This document shows positions 8,876 through 18,620 of a stretch of 64,000 nucleotides of DNA, piece by piece. Origin of the DNA: a bacterium (GTDB lineage Bacteria > UBA8248); NCBI GenBank assembly GCA_965203325.1, contig OZ241875.1:224001-288000 (forward strand). Direction: 5' to 3'. Each line of letters opens with the position of its first letter. Position 1 is the stretch's first letter. A program made the translations under genes and the position numbers. Below the pieces are notes generated by a model. That model was given only the letters and a program-made list of their open reading frames with translations, searched no databases and was not told the DNA's origin.

Positions 8876-11161
8876 TTATTCGCCGTTTTTCTCGTTGAGC
8901 GCGGTCAGCACCTTCTCCGGCGTTATCGGCAGCGACGTGATCCGCACGCCGACGGCGTCGTAGATCGCGTTGCCTATCGCCGCCGAAGTCCCCAGTTGCG
9001 CCATCTCCCCCAGCCCCTTCGCGCCGAAAGGCCCCGAAGGGTTCTCCGTCTCGATGAGCACCGCTTCGAGTTCGGGCAGATCCTGGGTGGTGGGCAGCTT
9101 GTAGTCGAGCCAGTTCGGATTCACCGGCTGGCCGTCTTCGACCGCGAAATCCTCCATCATGGCGTAGCCCACGCCCATTACCGCGCCGCCGTCCAGCTGG
9201 CCCTGCGCGCCGGCGGGATTCACGATGGTTCCGCAGTCGTTCGTGCTGATGACGCGCAACACCTCGAACGCGCCGGTTTCGGTGTCCACTTCCACCTCGG
9301 CCACCTTCGCACCGTAGGCATACGCCGCGGACCAGTTTCCGTAGCCCGTCACGGGGTCGGGCGTCTCGCTCGGCGAGTCATAAGAGGACGCCGTGTAGAC
9401 GGCCTCGCTGCCCTCTTTCTCGTAAAGTTTCATGTAGGCTTCGCTGTGGGTCACCTGCCGCTCGGGGGAGCTGGCGACGAAAATCTTGCCGTCACGCGCG
9501 TCGAGGTCCTTCGGGTCGCATTCGAGCAGTTCCGCCGCGCCCCTGAAGAGCATGTTCTTCGCCTGGACCGACGCCAGGCGCGTCGCCTCGCCGTCGATGG
9601 TCGTCGTGCGGCTTCCGCGCACGCCCCAGCCGTAGGGGTTCACCGCGGTATCGCCGTTGATGATCCGCACGTCCTCCACGCGCACCCCAATCGCCTCGGC
9701 GCAAATCTGGGCGAGCGTGGTGTCCGAACCGTTGCCCATCTCGATGGTGCCCGAGAGCAACTGCACGGTGCCGTCCTTGTTCATCTTGATGAACGCGCCC
9801 GCCGTCTCCGGCCCCATCGCGCGCGCTCCGGTGAAATGAACCGCGGCGGCCAGCCCGAAGCCACGCCTTTTCCCGTTGCTGCTCGGCTGTTTCTCACCCC
9901 AGGGCACGCGCTTGACCGCCTCTCCCACGCATTCGGCGACGCCGCAACTGGTAATCTTGGCCCCGATGATGGTGGTGTCGCCCTTCCTCACGAAGTTCTT
10001 GATGCGAAACTCCGCCGGGTCCATGCCGATCTCCTCGGCGTGTTTCTCCATGGCGAGTTCGGAGCCAAACGCATAGCCCGCGTTGCCGATTCCGCGCATC
10101 GCGCCGCCGGGCGGCACGTTCGTGCAGACGACGTCGGCGTGATGGCGATAGGCCTTGTAGTTGTAGATGCTCCCGCCCATGTGCGCCGTGATGCCGCCGA
10201 CCGCCGGGCTGTAATCCGAATACCCGCCGTTTTCCACCACCATCTGGGTGTCGCGGGCGAGCAGCATGCCGTCCTTGTCGGTGGCGATGCGCCAGACGTG
10301 GAACTGCTTCGTCCGGTGGGTACCGAGGAGAAACTCCTCTTCTCGCGTGTAGTAGAATTTTACGGGGAGGTTCAGCTTTTTCGCCGCGATGATGGAGAGG
10401 AAATCAATGTTGAACTTGCTCGTCGCCTTCCCGCCGAAACCCCCGCCCACGTAGTTCGTGATCACGCGAATCTGGGCCTCGGGGATCTTGAGGAGTTTTG
10501 AGAAATACTGGCTCGATAGACTCGGGCATTGCGAGGAATTGTAGACCGTCACGTCGCCTTTCTGCGACCACTCGGCGATGGAGACGTGCGACTCCAGAGA
10601 GCCGTGCATCTGGCGCGAGGAGGAGGTGGCCAACTCGCTCACGTGATGGGCCTCGTCGAACATGCGGTCCACGTCGCCGAACTCCATGTGCTTGGTGAAG
10701 GCGATGTTGTCCGGGTACCTGTCGTGGATGACGGGTGCGCCCTCTTTCATCGCTTCTCTCGGGTCGAAGACGGCGGGAAGCTCCTCGTAGTCCACGTCGA
10801 TCAGATCGAGCGCCTCAATCGCGATGTCTTCAGAAATCGCCACAACGGCCGCTACCGAGTCGCCCACGTGCCGCACCTTGTCCGAGGCGAGGGGATGCTG
10901 ATCGTAGCAAACGGGTACGACGCCCCATTCCACTCCCTCGGGGATATCCTTGGACGTCATCACGAGCTTGACGCCGGGGAGCCTCTCGGCGCGGCTGGTG
11001 TCGATGTTCTTGATCCGCGCGTGCGGCAGGGGACTCCCGAGCAGCCTCCCGTGGAGCATTTTGGGCAACTGAAGGTCCAGGGTGAACATGGCCCGGCCCG
11101 TCACCTTTTCCGGCCCGTCGACGCGGGGTATGCTTTTTCCGATGTATGAGAGTTCAGCCAT
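8876..11161 (-). CDS. Xanthine dehydrogenase-family molybdopterin-binding (large) subunit
   Basis: RVDGPEKVTG, GGGFGGK, AMRGIG, GSRTT, GAKGLGE (catalytic Glu); GGAGG before ATG at 11161. Confidence 0.93.
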   Translation of the reverse strand: MAELSYIGKSIPRVDGPEKVTGRAMFTLDLQLPKMLHGRLLGSPLPHARIKNIDTSRAERLPGVKLVMTSKDIPEGVEWGVVPVCYDQHPLASDKVRHVGDSVAAVVAISEDIAIEALDLIDVDYEELPAVFDPREAMKEGAPVIHDRYPDNIAFTKHMEFGDVDRMFDEAHHVSELATSSSRQMHGSLESHVSIAEWSQKGDVTVYNSSQCPSLSSQYFSKLLKIPEAQIRVITNYVGGGFGGKATSKFNIDFLSIIAAKKLNLPVKFYYTREEEFLLGTHRTKQFHVWRIATDKDGMLLARDTQMVVENGGYSDYSPAVGGITAHMGGSIYNYKAYRHHADVVCTNVPPGGAMRGIGNAGYAFGSELAMEKHAEEIGMDPAEFRIKNFVRKGDTTIIGAKITSCGVAECVGEAVKRVPWGEKQPSSNGKRRGFGLAAAVHFTGARAMGPETAGAFIKMNKDGTVQLLSGTIEMGNGSDTTLAQICAEAIGVRVEDVRIINGDTAVNPYGWGVRGSRTTTIDGEATRLASVQAKNMLFRGAAELLECDPKDLDARDGKIFVASSPERQVTHSEAYMKLYEKEGSEAVYTASSYDSPSETPDPVTGYGNWSAAYAYGAKVAEVEVDTETGAFEVLRVISTNDCGTIVNPAGAQGQLDGGAVMGVGYAMMEDFAVEDGQPVNPNWLDYKLPTTQDLPELEAVLIETENPSGPFGAKGLGEMAQLGTSAAIGNAIYDAVGVRITSLPITPEKVLTALNEKNGE

Positions 11162-11504
11162 CACAACCTCCACTCGTTTGCGGCGCCGAACCGCATGCCG
11201 CAGGGCGTTTTTATATTCTTATCCTTTGTTTGATTTTCGAATGAATAGACCACCCCCCCATCGCCATCCCCTCGGGACTCGGCAGAACGCGACGGTATTT
11301 CGCTTGCTTTCGATTCTCGCATTATAACAACACGAAGGAGAAAACAAAACATCAAAAATCGACGCGGAGAGGCTCCTTGCGCCATCCAGGGGAACCCCTC
11401 CCTCCCGCTTTCTCCCCTTCGGTTTGTGGTGTATCATCCGCCGTACTGAAACCGGAAAATAAACTTTCGAAACATCCCGCAAACACCAGAACTGGAGTAG
11501 CGCA

Positions 11505-12251
11505 ATGCCCATTCGTTTTGATTTTCAGGGCCGAAAGGTCATTCTCACGGGCGCGGCGGGCGCGATGGGAAGCCGCATCCTGCAGGGATACATCGAGGCC
11601 GGCGCCAGGGTTTTCGCCACCGACAGGGAAGGCCCGGCGTTCGACGCGATCGAAGGCCCGTCCGATCAACTCTTCAAGCTCCCCTGCGACCTCGCCGACG
11701 TGGACGCCATCCGCACCACCATGCGCGCGGCGCTCGAATGGCTGGGCGGCTGCGACGTGCTGGCGAACGTGGCCGGCTACATGCCGATCCGCCCGCCGAT
11801 GGAACTCGAAGAGGAAGACTGGAACGTCGTGCTGAACGTGAACCTGCTGGCGCCCTATTTCTGCATCCAGGAGACCATCGAGGCGCTCAAGTCCTCGGGG
11901 ACGGGGCGCATCGTCAGCTTCGCGTCCATCGCGGGGAAAATGGGGGGCATCGGCCCGAACCTCACCTACTCCGCCGCCAAGGCGGGCCTGCTCGCCATGA
12001 CGTTCAACCTCGCGCGCGAATTGGCGAAAACGGGCGTGACGATCAACACCATACAACCCGGTCCGGCCGATACGGGCCTTCACTTCCAGTCCCCGCCCGA
12101 GATGCTCGTGAACGCCGAGAAGGCCCATCCCATGGGCAGGCTCACGACGCCCGAGGACGTGTGGCAGACCGTCCTGTTCCTATCGAGCGAGGAAGCCGCC
12201 CACATCAACGGCGAGGCGGTGGACGTGAACGGCGGCTTCTGGACGGACTAG
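11505..12251 (+). CDS. SDR family oxidoreductase
   Basis: TGAAGAMG, NVAG, YSAAK, VNGG. Confidence 0.9.
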   Translation: MPIRFDFQGRKVILTGAAGAMGSRILQGYIEAGARVFATDREGPAFDAIEGPSDQLFKLPCDLADVDAIRTTMRAALEWLGGCDVLANVAGYMPIRPPMELEEEDWNVVLNVNLLAPYFCIQETIEALKSSGTGRIVSFASIAGKMGGIGPNLTYSAAKAGLLAMTFNLARELAKTGVTINTIQPGPADTGLHFQSPPEMLVNAEKAHPMGRLTTPEDVWQTVLFLSSEEAAHINGEAVDVNGGFWTD

Positions 12252-12263
12252 GAGGAGAACACC

Positions 12264-13100
12264 ATGCCGAGCGACAACCCGAAAGGATATGCGAACCCCG
12301 ACCTGCTCTGGTCGGCAGCACTTCTCAAAGAGCGCATGGACGACCCGAATGTAAGGATCATCGACACGCGCCCCGGCGAGCGCTATACGATGGGCCACAT
12401 CCCCGGCGCGCGGCACTTCGACGTCTACGGCGTGAACAGCGACGATTCGGACGAGGCGCCCTTGAGAAATTTCTTCTCCATGTGGGCGTTCCTGCTCGGG
12501 AACCGCGGGGTGTCGTTCGAGAACACCATCGTCTTCTATGATGACTTCGTCGGCAACACGAGCGTGCGCGGCTTCTGGATGCTGGAGCTTTTCGGCCACA
12601 AGGACGTGCACGTGCTCGACGGCGGCTACGGCGCCTGGGAGCGGGCGGGCTACGAGACGACGCGCGACGCCGAGGTGCCCAAGGCCGCTTCTTTCCAAAT
12701 GGCGTTCGAACCGGAGCGCCTCGCCACGCGCGAGGACGTGCTGGCCGCCATCGAGGATGACAACCACATGCTGCTCGACACCCGCTCGGTTGAGGAATGG
12801 GAGGGGCGCAGCATGCGCGCCAGGCGCAGCGGCATCATCCCCGGCGCGGTCTGGCAGGAGTGGCTCCAGCACCTGACGCCTGAGGGCGAGATGAAGCCGG
12901 CGGATGAGCTTCGCGCGCAGTTCGAGGCCATCGGGGTCACGCCCGAGAAAGAAGTGACCGCCTACTGACAGACGGGCTACCGTGCGGCGCACGGTTACTT
13001 CGCCCTGCGGCTTCTGGACTACCCCAAAGTGAGAAACTACATGAGCTCCTGGAAGGAATGGGGCAACCGCGACGACACGCCCATCGTGCAGGCGCAATAG
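12264..13100 (+). CDS. Two-domain sulfurtransferase (rhodanese/SseA-like), probable selenoprotein with Sec at codon 235
   Basis: GHIPGA, LDGG, GIIPGA. In-frame TGA at 12966-12968 occupies the catalytic Cys position (Y-U-QTGYRAAH). The frame continues through VRNYMSSWKEWG to TAG at 13100. Confidence 0.88.
12979..12995 (+). promoter_or_regulatory. Putative bacterial SECIS hairpin
   Basis: ACCGTGC-GGC-GCACGGT perfect stem starting 11 nt after the TGA; G at the start of the loop. Confidence 0.7.
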
Positions 13101-13189
13101 CGCGCCTACTCAGGATGAGGCTTTGTTGAGGACCTGCGCGGGCTGGGACGCTCGGGGATTTCCCTGGATCCGCGAGGGACTCCGCCCTT

Positions 13190-13615
13190 TCACACCTCCC
13201 TCGGGTGCAGTTCTTCGTACTTGCCGTGATCCGTGTCGATATCCGCCATGTGGCGGAAGATTTCCTCATACCCCGGCGGTGAGAACATCCACAGGAGTTT
13301 CAGGGGAACGTCGCCGGTGTTCCTCAGGCCGTGCTCCACGCCCACGGGCAGAAAGGCGGTCATGCCCGCCTTGACCTGGTAGACCTCGCCGTCCACCTCC
13401 ACTTCGGCTTCACCCTCGTGGAAGAAGAGGATTTCTTCTTCTTTCTCATGCAGATGGACGGGAATGCCGCCGCCGACGGGGATGTCCTGATTCCCCATGC
13501 TGAGCATTCGGGAGTTCGTGTTCCGGGGGTCGATGAGGATGCGCCAGCCCCGGGGCAGTTCTATATCGACCATCTCGATCTTTTCGCCGTCGTCCCAATC
13601 GAACACGTATGTCAT
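13190..13615 (-). CDS. Cupin domain protein
   Basis: PVHLHEKEEE..., PVGVEHG.RN metal-binding cupin motifs. Confidence 0.88.
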   Translation of the reverse strand: MTYVFDWDDGEKIEMVDIELPRGWRILIDPRNTNSRMLSMGNQDIPVGGGIPVHLHEKEEEILFFHEGEAEVEVDGEVYQVKAGMTAFLPVGVEHGLRNTGDVPLKLLWMFSPPGYEEIFRHMADIDTDHGKYEELHPREV

Positions 13616-13673
13616 GCGGATACCCTCCCCGGCCTGCGCTCGCGAGGGGTGGCCGCACCGGGTGAGCGGCGCG

Positions 13674-14711
13674 TCAGGCCATCGCGGGCGCGACCTCAGT
13701 GGCGAATCTTTCCAGAAGTTTCAGAGAATCCTCGTGCTTCATCCCGTCGCCGTAAACGCCGAGAATCACGTGGTTCAGCCCGAAATCGTGCTTCAAGCGG
13801 TAAAGCTCCTGAATGTTCTCCTCCACGGAGCCGATGACGCCGCCGCCTTTCAGGAACTCGCGCACGTCGAGCTTGTAGCTCCAGTTGCGCTGGAGGTGTC
13901 TGCCTTCCTCGTCGGTGAAATCCACCTCGTTCACCCTGGCGCGGTATTCGAGATAAGAGGAAAGCCCGCGCTCGAAGGTTTTGAGGTAATCGGCCTGCTG
14001 ATTATCCTCACAGACGTAGAAGCGGTGCGTCATGGTGTAGTCGATATCGGACAGGTCGCCCCCGGTCGCCGCCACGGCTTCTTCGTAGAGCTTCATCTTG
14101 TCGCGGTAGACCTGGGGGCCCTTGAAGCCGGCAGAAGCCATGATCTTGAAGCCGTTCTCGCCCGCGTAGGTGTAGGTCTCGGGGCTCGTGCCGGCCAGCC
14201 AGATGGGCGGCCTCGGCTTCTGGAGGGGCTTGGGGAAGATTTCAACGTCTTTGCACCGGTAGAACTCGCCCTCGAAGGTCACCTGCTCCCCTTCCAGGAG
14301 CCTCGATACGATCTCCATACCCTCGACGAGCCGCTTTCTGCTCTCAGAGGGCTTTGCGCCGAACGTCTTGAACTCCTTGGGCTGGGAACCGCGCCCCACG
14401 CCGAGTTCGAGCCGCCCGCCGCTCAACAGATCCACCACCGCCGCCTGCTCGGCGAGGCGCACCGGATTGTGGAATGGCATGATTGATATCGCCGTGCCCA
14501 GGCGGATGTTTTTCGTCTTCTGCGCCAGCGCCGCGCACCACAGCAGGGGATCGGGGCACATGCCCACTTTGGAGAAATGGTGCTCCGCGAACCATGCGCA
14601 GTGGTAGCCCAACTCATCCGCCGCCTGGCATTGCTCCATCACCTTCTGGTAGGCGTCGGCTTCGGTTTCATCCCCCTCGGGGCAAATCACGTAAAAAATC
14701 GAGAATTTCAT
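13674..14711 (-). CDS. Luciferase-like (LLM) flavin-dependent oxidoreductase
   Basis: WFAEHHF, IRLGTA, PVRLAEQ, SGGRLELGVGRG, PKPLQKP. Confidence 0.92.
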   Translation of the reverse strand: MKFSIFYVICPEGDETEADAYQKVMEQCQAADELGYHCAWFAEHHFSKVGMCPDPLLWCAALAQKTKNIRLGTAISIMPFHNPVRLAEQAAVVDLLSGGRLELGVGRGSQPKEFKTFGAKPSESRKRLVEGMEIVSRLLEGEQVTFEGEFYRCKDVEIFPKPLQKPRPPIWLAGTSPETYTYAGENGFKIMASAGFKGPQVYRDKMKLYEEAVAATGGDLSDIDYTMTHRFYVCEDNQQADYLKTFERGLSSYLEYRARVNEVDFTDEEGRHLQRNWSYKLDVREFLKGGGVIGSVEENIQELYRLKHDFGLNHVILGVYGDGMKHEDSLKLLERFATEVAPAMA

Positions 14712-14900
14712 GTCACCTTATCCTTCGTCTTCTCCTGGAACACGGGCATAAGCCATTCTTCCACTCCCCTCTCAGGCGGTTTCCCCTTGAATGGAACCAG
14801 CAAATTACCATCTTCCACACGGCCTGAGAAGCGCTCCGGCCTTGCGAGACAATTTTTCCGACCTGGGCTAGGATGCGGGGTCATCCAAAGGAGGAAACGC

Positions 14901-15650
14901 ATGCGTTTCGAGAACAAAACCATCATCGTCACGGGCGCGGGCGCAGGCATCGGCCAGGCGAGTGCGCTGAGGTTGGCGAGCGAGGGCGCGCACGTCGTCT
15001 GCATGGACATCGCCGAATCGCGCGAGGAAACGGCGAGGCTCATCCGCGAAGACGACGTCGGCGATGCGAGCGCCGTGGCATACGACGCACTCGACTCGGA
15101 GAACGTGAAAAAGGTTTTCGGGGATACGATTTCAGCGCACGGGCGCATCGACGGCCTCATTAACTGCGTCGGCGCGGGACTTCCCCTCTCTGCGCTGGAA
15201 ATCGACGAAGAGGCCTTCGACAAGATGTTCGACATGAACGTGAAAACGACTTACCGGGCCTGCTGGGCGGTGCTACCCCACATGAAGGAGAAAAAAAGCG
15301 GCAAGATCGTCAATTTCTCCTCCGTCGCGGGCCGCTCGGCCAGCGTGCTACAGGGGCCGCACTATTCGAGCTCCAAGGCCGCCGTCATCGGCCTCACGCG
15401 ACACCTGGCGCGGGAGTTCGGCCCGGACAACATCAACGTGAACGCCGTCGCACCCGGCGTCATCGGAACCGGGCGCATCCTCGCGCAGATGAGCGATGAG
15501 CAGCGAAAAAGGACCGAAGCCGCCACGCCCCTGGGGCGCATCGGCGCGCCCGAGGACATCGCGGGCGTCGTCGCCTTCCTCGCTTCAGAAGACGCGCGCC
15601 ACGTCACCGGCGTCACCATCGACGTGAACGGCGGGTTCTTTCTGGCCTAG
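14901..15650 (+). CDS. SDR family oxidoreductase (FabG-like)
   Basis: AAGGAGG then ATG at 14901; TGAGAGIG, YSSSK, DVNGG. Confidence 0.9.
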   Translation: MRFENKTIIVTGAGAGIGQASALRLASEGAHVVCMDIAESREETARLIREDDVGDASAVAYDALDSENVKKVFGDTISAHGRIDGLINCVGAGLPLSALEIDEEAFDKMFDMNVKTTYRACWAVLPHMKEKKSGKIVNFSSVAGRSASVLQGPHYSSSKAAVIGLTRHLAREFGPDNINVNAVAPGVIGTGRILAQMSDEQRKRTEAATPLGRIGAPEDIAGVVAFLASEDARHVTGVTIDVNGGFFLA

Positions 15651-15703
15651 TCGTATAGATTTTCTCAGGCGGCATAGGGGGTTGTAAAAGCCCCCCAGGA
15701 CAA

Positions 15704-16361
15704 GGGCTTGTTGAAAAGCGCCTTGAGAGGGTGATGGCAACCCCCTTGAAAGGGAAATCCCTTAAAACCAACCCCCCCTACCCCCCCTTGTCAGGGGGGC
15801 AAGAAAAAGCAAAACCCCCTCAACCCTGCGAAGGCGCATCGCCTTTTTATACCCCCCTGACAAGGGGGGGTAGGGGGGGTTGCCTTTCCATCCGTGAGGG
15901 ACTTCTGCGCTACCCCTGAAAAGGGGTTCTTGCCCCCAATCGAGATTGTTCACCGTCATTCCGGCGAAAGCCAGAATCCATTTTGACTTTTCACCGGACA
16001 GGGCGGCACGACCTTGTCGTTGCGCGGCGTCTGGATGCGGAATCCAGAGAATTTGCCTTTCGTTTTTGCGTTCGATTCCGATCCTCCCCGGCCGGGCGTA
16101 AAAACGTCCGCCCGAGAAAGCGAAAAGGCAAAGACGAAAATAGATTCCGGCTTTCGCCGGAATGACGATCAAAACCAAAAGGCGGGCGGAGGCCGCGGTT
16201 GCGAAATGACGGTGTCGTGCGGCTTCCGTATTACCCGTAGGGACAGGCCTCTGTGCCTGTCCGATACCCGACAAAGGACAACCACGGAGGGCAGGACAAC
16301 CCCGAGGAGGGGTTGTCCCTACAGATCGAACCGGCCAATGCGGGACTTTCTCAACAACCCC
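15704..16361. mobile_element. Composite MITE-like repeat array with terminal inverted repeats
   Basis: Ends GGGCTTGTTGAAAAG and TTTCTCAACAACCCC. Encloses a C/G-run doublet (15772-15879), an inverted pair GTCATTCCGGCGAAAGCC.GAATC (15954-15980 and 16141-16167) and a GTAG REP pair (16237-16322). Confidence 0.65.
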
Positions 16362-16366
16362 AAGCC

Positions 16367-18490
16367 CTACCCCTCGGCAGATTCCGCCTCCACAGGCACC
16401 GGGGTTGCGAAATCCTTGGGCCGCATCAATTGCATGACGATCGAGGCGATCATCAGGGCAAGCCCCGTCGTCTTGTACCACATGCCGTTCCAGAACAGGG
16501 CGCAACCGGCAGCACCCATCAGGCACCGGTCGAACGTCGTCAGGATGCGCAGGAAATAGCCTTCCAGCGCCGCCGAGGTGCAGATGAAGCCCAGGGCCGC
16601 GCTCGCCCATACCAGGATGACCTGATCCCAGGGGCCGTTGATCAGGATCGGCGTGTAGGCCATCAGGAGCGGCACGACGTAGAGCGGCTTCGCCAGCTTG
16701 AGCGATATGAAGCCCGTGCGCATGGGGTCGCACTGCGCGACGCCCGCCGCCACGAACGCGCCTAGGGCGAAGGGCGGCGTGAGGGCCGCGTCCTGGCTCA
16801 GCCACAGGATGATCATGTGCGCGGTGAACATCGAGAGACCGAAGTCCATGAGCGCGGGGCCTGCGAGGATGGCGATGAGGATGTAGCTCGCCGTGATCGT
16901 CATCCCCATGCCCAGGATGTAGCTGGCGAGCGCCACCAGGGCCACGGCCAGCCAGAGCATGTTGTTCGAATAGGAAAGAATGATGGCCGTCATCTTCTGC
17001 GCCAGATCGGGATGCGTGACGCCGGTGAGCACCAGGCCCATGACGCCCGCCGTCGCGCCGATGACGAGTGAATTGACGGAACCCGTAACGAACGCGTCGC
17101 CGATTTCGGACATGATGCGCCGCGCCTCCTGGTGCCGCCACGACAGGAAGCAGCCGATCAGCACGTAGAGGTACACCGCGTCGCCGCCGTAGAGGATGCT
17201 CGCGACGAAAACGGCCGCCTGCACACCCAGCAGATACCAGCACTTCTGCTTGAACGTGCTCACCACCACCGAGGCGACGATGGCCCAGAAGCCCGCGAAA
17301 AACGGCGAGAACTGCAGGATGAGAAGCATGATGAGCAGCACGATGGGGAGTAGTAGTATCCCGTCTTTTCTCATCACGCCCCAGAAATCGGGCAGCTCTT
17401 CTTTCGAGAGGCCTTGCAGGTTGTTCTTACTCGCGTAGTAGTGGACCGACATGAAGACGGAAAGATAATAGAGCAGCGCGGGCACGAGGCTCACGAGCGC
17501 GACCTTGTAGTAGGGCGTCTCGGTCATCGCCGCGAGGATAAAAGCGGCCGACGCCATGATGGGCGGCATCAGGTGACCGCCGATGCTGGCCACCGCCTCG
17601 GTCGCCGCGGCGTAGGTGGCCCGGAAACCCCCGCGCTTCATGAGGGGGATGGTGAAGGTCCCGGTGATGACGATGTTCGCCGCCCCGCTGCCCACGATGG
17701 AGCCGACGAGGCCGCTCGACACGACGGCCGCCTTCGCCGCTCCGCCCTTGAAGCGGCCCACGAGCGCGAAGGCGAGATCGACGAACACGTCCCCCACCCG
17801 CGTGGCCTGGAGCAGCGCGCCGAATATCAGGAAGATGAAAACCACCTGCGCGTAGACGCGGGTGATGACCCCGTAGATGCCCGACTGGCTGTAGAGATAG
17901 CCCATCACGTAGCCGAACTCCGCGCCCTTATGCGAAAGCAGACCCGGGAATATCGGCCCCGCCCAGTCGTAGAACAGGAATACGACGGCGACGATGGGCA
18001 AGACGAGACCGAGCACGCGGCGGCACGTCTCCCAGACCAGGCATGCGGCGGCGAAGCCGAACACCACGTCGTTCCACTCCACGATGCCCGCCCGGGCGCC
18101 CCGGTCGTCATAGAAATACATGAACTCGCACATCACGACGAAACTCAGTACGCACCAGAGCACGTCGAAACCCGAGGGCCTGTCTTTCGGTGAACTCTCC
18201 CTGCATGGATAGAGCATAAAGGTGAGAACGGACGTAAGGCAGATGAATATGGGCAGGGAGAACTGTTCCCCGTAATACGGGATGTAGGGAAATTCGAGCA
18301 GCGCAAGTTTCATGCTTCTTGGGCCGAAGATGGTGAAGCTCCCGTTCACCGCGCCGAAGAGAAAATATGCGGCGAATATGAAGCCCACCACGCGCAGCGC
18401 CCAGAGGGAGTGGCCGCTCAGCGTCCTCGTCTTGGCGAGGCCCGCCCCGAGGAAACTACCGATTTTTTCCAAGACGCTGCGAAAACTCAA
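16367..18490 (-). CDS. TRAP transporter fused (4TM/12TM) permease, TAXI-type
   Basis: GGAAKAAVVSS, GSGAAN, TGTFTIPLMK, PPIMASAAF, TPPFAL. TTG start at 18490 or GTG at 18517. Confidence 0.92.
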   Translation of the reverse strand: MSFRSVLEKIGSFLGAGLAKTRTLSGHSLWALRVVGFIFAAYFLFGAVNGSFTIFGPRSMKLALLEFPYIPYYGEQFSLPIFICLTSVLTFMLYPCRESSPKDRPSGFDVLWCVLSFVVMCEFMYFYDDRGARAGIVEWNDVVFGFAAACLVWETCRRVLGLVLPIVAVVFLFYDWAGPIFPGLLSHKGAEFGYVMGYLYSQSGIYGVITRVYAQVVFIFLIFGALLQATRVGDVFVDLAFALVGRFKGGAAKAAVVSSGLVGSIVGSGAANIVITGTFTIPLMKRGGFRATYAAATEAVASIGGHLMPPIMASAAFILAAMTETPYYKVALVSLVPALLYYLSVFMSVHYYASKNNLQGLSKEELPDFWGVMRKDGILLLPIVLLIMLLILQFSPFFAGFWAIVASVVVSTFKQKCWYLLGVQAAVFVASILYGGDAVYLYVLIGCFLSWRHQEARRIMSEIGDAFVTGSVNSLVIGATAGVMGLVLTGVTHPDLAQKMTAIILSYSNNMLWLAVALVALASYILGMGMTITASYILIAILAGPALMDFGLSMFTAHMIILWLSQDAALTPPFALGAFVAAGVAQCDPMRTGFISLKLAKPLYVVPLLMAYTPILINGPWDQVILVWASAALGFICTSAALEGYFLRILTTFDRCLMGAAGCALFWNGMWYKTTGLALMIASIVMQLMRPKDFATPVPVEAESAEG

Positions 18491-18620
18491 TCTATGTTCC
18501 CCCGAGGGAAGTACCACGTTTCCGGCGAAGCATCCTCAACAAGAACGGATGCTTCGCTTGAACATACCGGCCGGGAGGAGAGCAAACCTCCCGGCCGGTG
18601 AAGACGCCTGGTTCTTTTTA

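Noticed and set aside
8519..10501. Long antisense or alternate-frame ORFs (also 42888-45227, 38296-40167, 58691-60574)
   Set aside because: Shadows of well-supported genes in GC-rich DNA.
8876..11161. Aerobic CO dehydrogenase or 4-hydroxybenzoyl-CoA reductase assignment
   Set aside because: No AYxCSFR loop, and the FAD subunit lacks the extra 4Fe-4S Cys insertion of HcrB.
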